Under the pieces are notes generated by a model. The model ran no database searches and was not told where the DNA came from. It was given only the letters and a program-made list of their open reading frames with translations. A program made the translations under genes and the position numbers. Shown here in pieces: positions 58,070 through 64,000 of a stretch of 64,000 bases of DNA. How positions within the stretch are numbered: position 1 is the first letter of the stretch; each line of letters opens with the position of its first letter. Source of the DNA: the human T2T-CHM13v2.0 reference genome, Homo sapiens; the NCBI RefSeq assembly GCF_009914755.1, contig NC_060927.1; one strand, written 5' to 3'.

Positions 58070-59089
58070 AGAATTTTAATATTCTTAAGTCTTAATATTC
58101 TGTGGCACTTATTGGAAATGGTTGAAATATAATGCTTTTAATTTAGCATGTCATTGGTTCACTCTCAAAACTACTGAAAAGCACTTATCTTTCAAGATTT
58201 TAATGATGATGTTGGTGAGGACGTTTGTGGTAAGTAGATAATCACTTACATTATTCAGCACTTTACAAAGCATTTTCACAAACTCTTGAGTATTGGTTGT
58301 TATCAGTTTATTACTGAGATGCCTGTGGTGTCTTCAGGGGACAGGAGAGAATATGTTAACTTCTTGAATAACTGCTGCAGCCGTAGTTAGCCCCCTATGA
58401 GCCAAGCCTATTGGCTTTGTTACTCCCAAGGTATAACTTATTTCATGTATATAAGCAACTTGACTAAGTATTAGATGTCTGTGTAAGCCATTTTCTGTGA
58501 GTCAAAACAATTTTGTTCTTCCTTATGTCTTTCTTCAGAGGTACATCTTTAATAAGTTCTGGGAAGGGAAGTGAAAAACAATGCTTGACCTCTGATACAA
58601 TGTACTGTTTTGATTATGATCAGCACTTTAATAAAATTTATCATCAAGAAAGTCTTTGGAGTGAGCCCCTGAAAAGCTTGGGAAAGTGATTGATATGGTG
58701 TCACTTTTCTTAAATTACCTTCCCATGTTGCTTTAGATGACCAGGGAGGCTAACTTCACTCTTGTGCTCTCTAAATTGAACTGTCCTGAAGTTTTAAGAA
58801 AATGAAATGATCAGACTCAGCAGTTCAAGATTGTGTTGGTTGATAGCAGCCACTTAGACCTCAGTTCACTATGGGTTTCTGTGTACTTTATTGGTGGTCA
58901 CCAAGATGCAATGAAAGGTCCTGATTTTGTGAACATTTCTGCCCACACCCTTCTTTGGTACATACCTTTTGAGAATATGTAAAATGTCTTTCATTGTTAA
59001 AATAGCTGTTAAATAATATTAAAGGCAAAAAAAAAAGTCATGAAAATAGTCATTTGCGTACTTCTTCAGGCAGATAGAAAACTAGTACC

Positions 59090-59420
59090 AGCCAGTGCAA
59101 TGGCTCAGGCCTGTAATCCCAGCACTTTGGGAGGCCGAGGCAGGCGGATCACGAGGTCAGGAGTTTGAGACCAGCCTGACCAACATGGTGAAACCCTGTC
59201 TTTACTAAAAATACAAAAATTAGCTAGGAGTGGTGGGACACGCCTATAATCCCAGCTACTCAGGAAGCTGAGCCAGGAGAATCACTTGAACCCAGGAGAC
59301 AGTGGTTGCAGTGATCCGATATCGCACCACTGCACTCCAGCCTGGGCAACAGAGCGAGACTTTGTCTCAAAAAAAAAAAAAAAAAAAAAAAAGAGAAAGG
59401 AAAAAGAAAAAGAAAAAGAG
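59090..59420 (+). mobile_element. AluSg-like
   Basis: GGATCACGAGGTCAGGAGTTTGAG; long A/G tail; TSD AAACTAGTACCA. Confidence 0.93.
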
Positions 59421-59619
59421 AAACTAGTACCAGGAAAACAGAAAAAAGAAGTGATTTGAATAATTTCAGTATGATTGAGACATATGGGTGAAAGATCACC
59501 AGAGGGAAAAATGTCTAGTCTGATAACTTTGAAGAAAACATATTGACCATGTCTAGTTATAATAATCTTTTAATAATCTCACAGTAATAGAAAGCTTCAT
59601 TATTTTCAAAACAGTTTCA

Positions 59620-59740
59620 CTTTCCTGTCATCTGTAATTTTAAAAACAGCTCTCTGAGATGGATATAATTATCCTGTTTTACAGATGTGGAAATGGAGGC
59701 CCAGAAAGATGAAATCATCTGCCCCAGCTGTAATAGGACT
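59620..59740 (-). mobile_element. MIR (antisense to the gene) hosting the cassette exon acceptor and 5' part
   Basis: ATTATCCTGTTTTACAGATGTGGAAATGGAGGCCCAGAAAGATGAAATCATCTGCCC compared with reverse MIR core ATTATCCCCATTTTACAGATGAGGAAACTGAGGCTCAGAGAGGTTAAGTGACTTGCCC. Confidence 0.8.
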
Positions 59741-59759
59741 GCCCATCCACTGAGACATA
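59685..59759 (+). CDS. TGFBR2: TGFBR2 alternative 75-nt cassette exon (long isoform, TbRII-B)
   Basis: Acceptor cctgttttacag|ATG and donor CATA|gtaaag. In phase 1 with exon 1 it reads (D)VEMEAQKDEIICPSCNRTAHPLRH(I), the known TbRII-B insert. Its 75-nt length preserves frame. Confidence 0.97.
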
Positions 59760-60302
59760 GTAAAGTATCATTAATTAATCTTTTCATCATTTTTCTATTT
59801 TTAGTCATGCTCCCTCACTGCTTAATTTGTAAGTAAATCTAAGATAAAAATCTATAGTCTCCTCGTATTTTCATATTTTCATAGCTAAATTGTTAAAGAG
59901 GCGATGGCAGTGTACTCATCAGGAGACTTGTTCTTGCCTCGAACATTAAAAGCCCAATTTAAGACTGGAGAATTTCTTCTTTGAGGGTTTTGTCCACCCA
60001 TCATAAGAGATTTCAAACTATGTAATGAGTCATTTTACTTTTCCCCTTTTCTTATGGGGACAGCTTCTCTTTAATACACCGTGTGGTCTGCCCTCTTGGA
60101 GGTTGTGTCACCATTATCAGTAGACAAATGCTGCCATGTGTAAAAGGCTATGCCAGTTTCTGCAGTCCTGTAGTTTTGCCCCTCACTAGAACTTCAAGTT
60201 GCTTAACCTAATCAGGAATACGGGCATCTTTACATAGGAAGTGCACTTCTTCATCATATAGACATAGAGGTCAGGTATTATTATCTTTGGCTTCCTTTCT
60301 CA

Positions 60303-60721
<419 letters not shown>

Positions 60722-60821
60722 TCAAATTGCTTTTATATAAAAGAAGGTATACATTGAAGAGCAACAGAGCCTACCTCTATGACTGACATTTTCAAAGAAA
60801 ATGGCTAAGAATCACTTTGAT

Positions 60822-61139
<318 letters not shown>

Positions 61140-62444
61140 CTATTTCACTTGCCATCATAGAAAGCTAAGCTATACTTCTGCTTTTCTACTACTAGCTTTA
61201 TATAAATGTTATTTTTCTTGCAACATAAAAGAAAAATTGAGTCATATTGTTTTATTTAATTTTTCTTGAAGAACACATTAAATTAGCTCTCACACTGTGG
61301 TGTGGACTTCTTTCTGTTTTCCACCAGTGTTCTTCAGGGTGATTTTTCCAGTGGGCTTGATTAGGACTGTGTGGATCATTGTGATGCTTTGTTCTCAGTG
61401 GGGATTTTCCAGCAAAGATGAGCTTCATTAAACAATGACTGGGTTGATGGATTTATAATTGGAGTGATTTTCTTCAAACTGTAATAAATTTCAGTGTTAC
61501 CTTTTTCTGAACGCCCTTTTTAAAAGGGATTCCATAGCAAGTCTTCTGGAATAATACCTTTTATATAATTCTTTAAAAACTGTAATTTTTACATACTGAT
61601 TCCTGTTAAGGCAGATGTTATTGTATCAAGAAAAGACTCAAATTTTGAACATATTAAAAATAGTGTTTCTTCAGATCTGGTGGATAGGTGATGCTCAATA
61701 TATATTTGTTTAATGGAATAAAAAAAGAAAAATATTAAAGATCCTAGGAAGAGAAATTAAGTTGCAGGGATATATTGCTTGTGTAACGTCTGTTTAGCAT
61801 TGCAATTTTCTGAAGGGAAGGCTATCCACAACTGTTAATTCTGATCTAAGGAACTATTTCCCTTCTTAACTTCTTTGCTAGGTTATCTAAAGGGAGATAT
61901 GCTTTCTCACATTTGTTTCCTTGAACTTACTTTTAATGTTGCCTTGTAGGGTCAAAACTTTAGAAATACAGCTTTCTCAGGAAACTTGGTCCTCAGATCT
62001 TTCAGACATTATCTTCCTTTAAGCTTATTGTCCTCTTGGGAATTGGCAAAGGATTCCCACCCTTTAAAAAGATAGGAAATTGTAAAATCCACACTTAAAA
62101 ATTAATCTAAAATTATTTTTCAGGAAGAATTTATACAATGGCAACTAAATGCCCTGCAGCCAATTATGTTTATGATTCCTGCCTCATCTCCAAATGGTAC
62201 TAGAGTTTGAGTCATATGAGAAAATTAATTGGGTTGGGCTTGATTGTACATGTATATGTATATAATAATGTTCTGGTTATAATGCAGTTTGCAGTTTTTC
62301 TAGTTACAGCTCAAGGCAAAGATGAGAAGCAACACCTATGGGCCTGACTGCCTCTGTCCAGTACTACCATGCCCCATCTCTAACTACTACATTTTTTCCT
62401 ATTGAATTCTCCAGTCCACGTAGCATAAGTCCCTTCCTGAACTC

Positions 62445-62630
62445 AGTTTATTTTTCTAACCCTGGCTGCACGTTAGGATCACCTGCGAACTTCTAAAAGA
62501 ATTCCAAAGCCTGAGCCAAGCACCTAGAAGTTCTGACTCATTGCCCTGGGGTAGGACTTTGGCATCATTATTGTTTTAAAAGATCCCCAGATGATTCCGA
62601 TGTGGAACCATGTTGAGAAACACTAATCTA
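62445..62630. mobile_element. MER5
   Basis: TCTAACCCTGGCTGCACGTTAGGATCACCTG...AGATCCCCAGATGATTC...GTTGAGAAACACT. Confidence 0.8.
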
Positions 62631-64000
62631 GCCTAACCCAGTGAGGTTACAAATGAAGAATTTCACCAGAGAGGTCAAAGTACTTGATTTCCCACAGCAA
62701 AGAAATTCCATTTACTGGGTTGAAAACTCCCATCTGTTGACTTTAAATCCAGCATAACAAATATGAGCAAGGTTTTAGAAGGTTTTGGAAACTCATCTGC
62801 AGAACAGAGCAAATACAGGCCTATCTAAAAGCATACCTCACAGTAAAGATGGTTAAAAACCAAAACCGGAGGAGGCAGAGTACTCTTGGTGGGGCTGGTA
62901 GTGGGGGGAATGGATGATTTTCCAAAAGAGAAAACACTTGACCTGGGTCTGAAAGGCTGGGTATGATTTAAGGCAGGCACTATTGTTCACTTGTTAGCCC
63001 CAGGGCCATGCTACTCCACTTCCTTCAAGGAAACAGAGGGAAGCCGGCAAGTGGCTGCCTGGGGTGTGTGTCCACACACCATATAGAGGCAGTTCTTCAG
63101 CTCTGTCAGCCATGGCCAAAGCAGGCAGTATTTGAACCACCTTGGACCACTCCTGAGGGGCAGCATCAGACACCAGGCATCCTTTCAGACACCATTCTTG
63201 GAGTCTCTTCCCTCCATCACGTAAACCTCACAGCCAACAGTGAAGGCACTGAACTCCTTCCAGGGGCTGAGCAGGCTGCCTTGGGCATGCTCTTCTTGAC
63301 CTTAAAATCCACCTGATAGATCTGGTAGGGAGGTAGAAATTTTGGTGGTAGGAAAGCCAGCAATTATCAGGTCAAAGGGTTTCTGATAAAAGGAGTTATT
63401 CAGCAGAAAGGTAATCAGATTATGGGAGCCTTAAGTGCCAGTTTGGGCTAAATTCTCTGAGTCACTGGCAGATTGTAAGTAGGGGAATGACGTAATAAAA
63501 CCACTGCAAAGCCAGGAGTTTGTGATGGGAAGATAGGAAATCCCTTTCTTTTTTTCCCACATGGGAAATAAAAATCTAAAGATGTGTGGGGAAGCTCCTT
63601 AGAGTGCCAGGACTTTCAGTATCCCCCAATTTATCATTAGGTTCTGTCCAGACCTCGTTCCGCACACAGTAGCCTAGAGACACCTCTGGAATAAGGTGTG
63701 ACAAAAAACAAGGAAATAAATTTATTAATTTTGGAAAATGCCTTCTTTTTCCTAGGCCTCCCTCATAGACATTTTCCTGACAAGTCCCCACTTCAGGTTT
63801 CAGAAAGAGATGCACCATCGTTTGGAATTCTGAAGAAACTCAAGTTTCAATTGAGCTGAGTCTCAGTGGCATGTATTTTATTACATCTAATGCCATTTTA
63901 ATGTACTTGAAACTGGGGAGATGAGGGCAATTGGTACACATGTGTAAACCACTACAAAAAGTTCACCTGAGTGTAGAAGGTAGCCAGTAGCCTAAAAACC

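Noticed and set aside
62998-63316. 102-aa ORF (GCCATGC) with nearby AG acceptors and a GCAAGT GC-type donor, as a possible extra TGFBR2 exon
   Set aside because: Splice signals are weak and the donor phase (0) does not match the phase-1 TGFBR2 junction. It cannot be supported without RNA-seq.

Overview
Human (or very closely related great-ape) genomic DNA containing the 5' end of TGFBR2 (TGF-beta type II receptor) on the + strand. About 43 kb of repeat-dense upstream DNA is followed by a TATA-less CpG-island promoter (~42.8-44.1 kb). Coding exon 1 (ATG 43390; [31 protein letters not shown]) has its donor at 43484. The window then covers ~20 kb of intron 1, including the 75-nt cassette exon of the long TbRII-B isoform (59685-59759). 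I did not find the next constitutive exon in the window. The upstream region holds a full-length dead L1MA1/2-like element with TSDs, a near full-length L1MC-like element with nested insertions, ERV1/ERVL/MaLR LTRs and hAT fossils; Alu, MIR and L2 copies occur throughout. I see no convincing wholly new biological system. The best leads are regulatory or evolutionary: a MIR-SINE origin for the TbRII-B cassette exon, an overlapping upstream ORF plus a G-quadruplex motif at the start codon, inverted Alus bracketing the cassette exon, an AP-1 motif cluster in intron 1, and several fossil DNA-repair and retrotransposition scars. Repeat subfamily names come from recalled consensus sequences and need RepeatMasker/Dfam confirmation.
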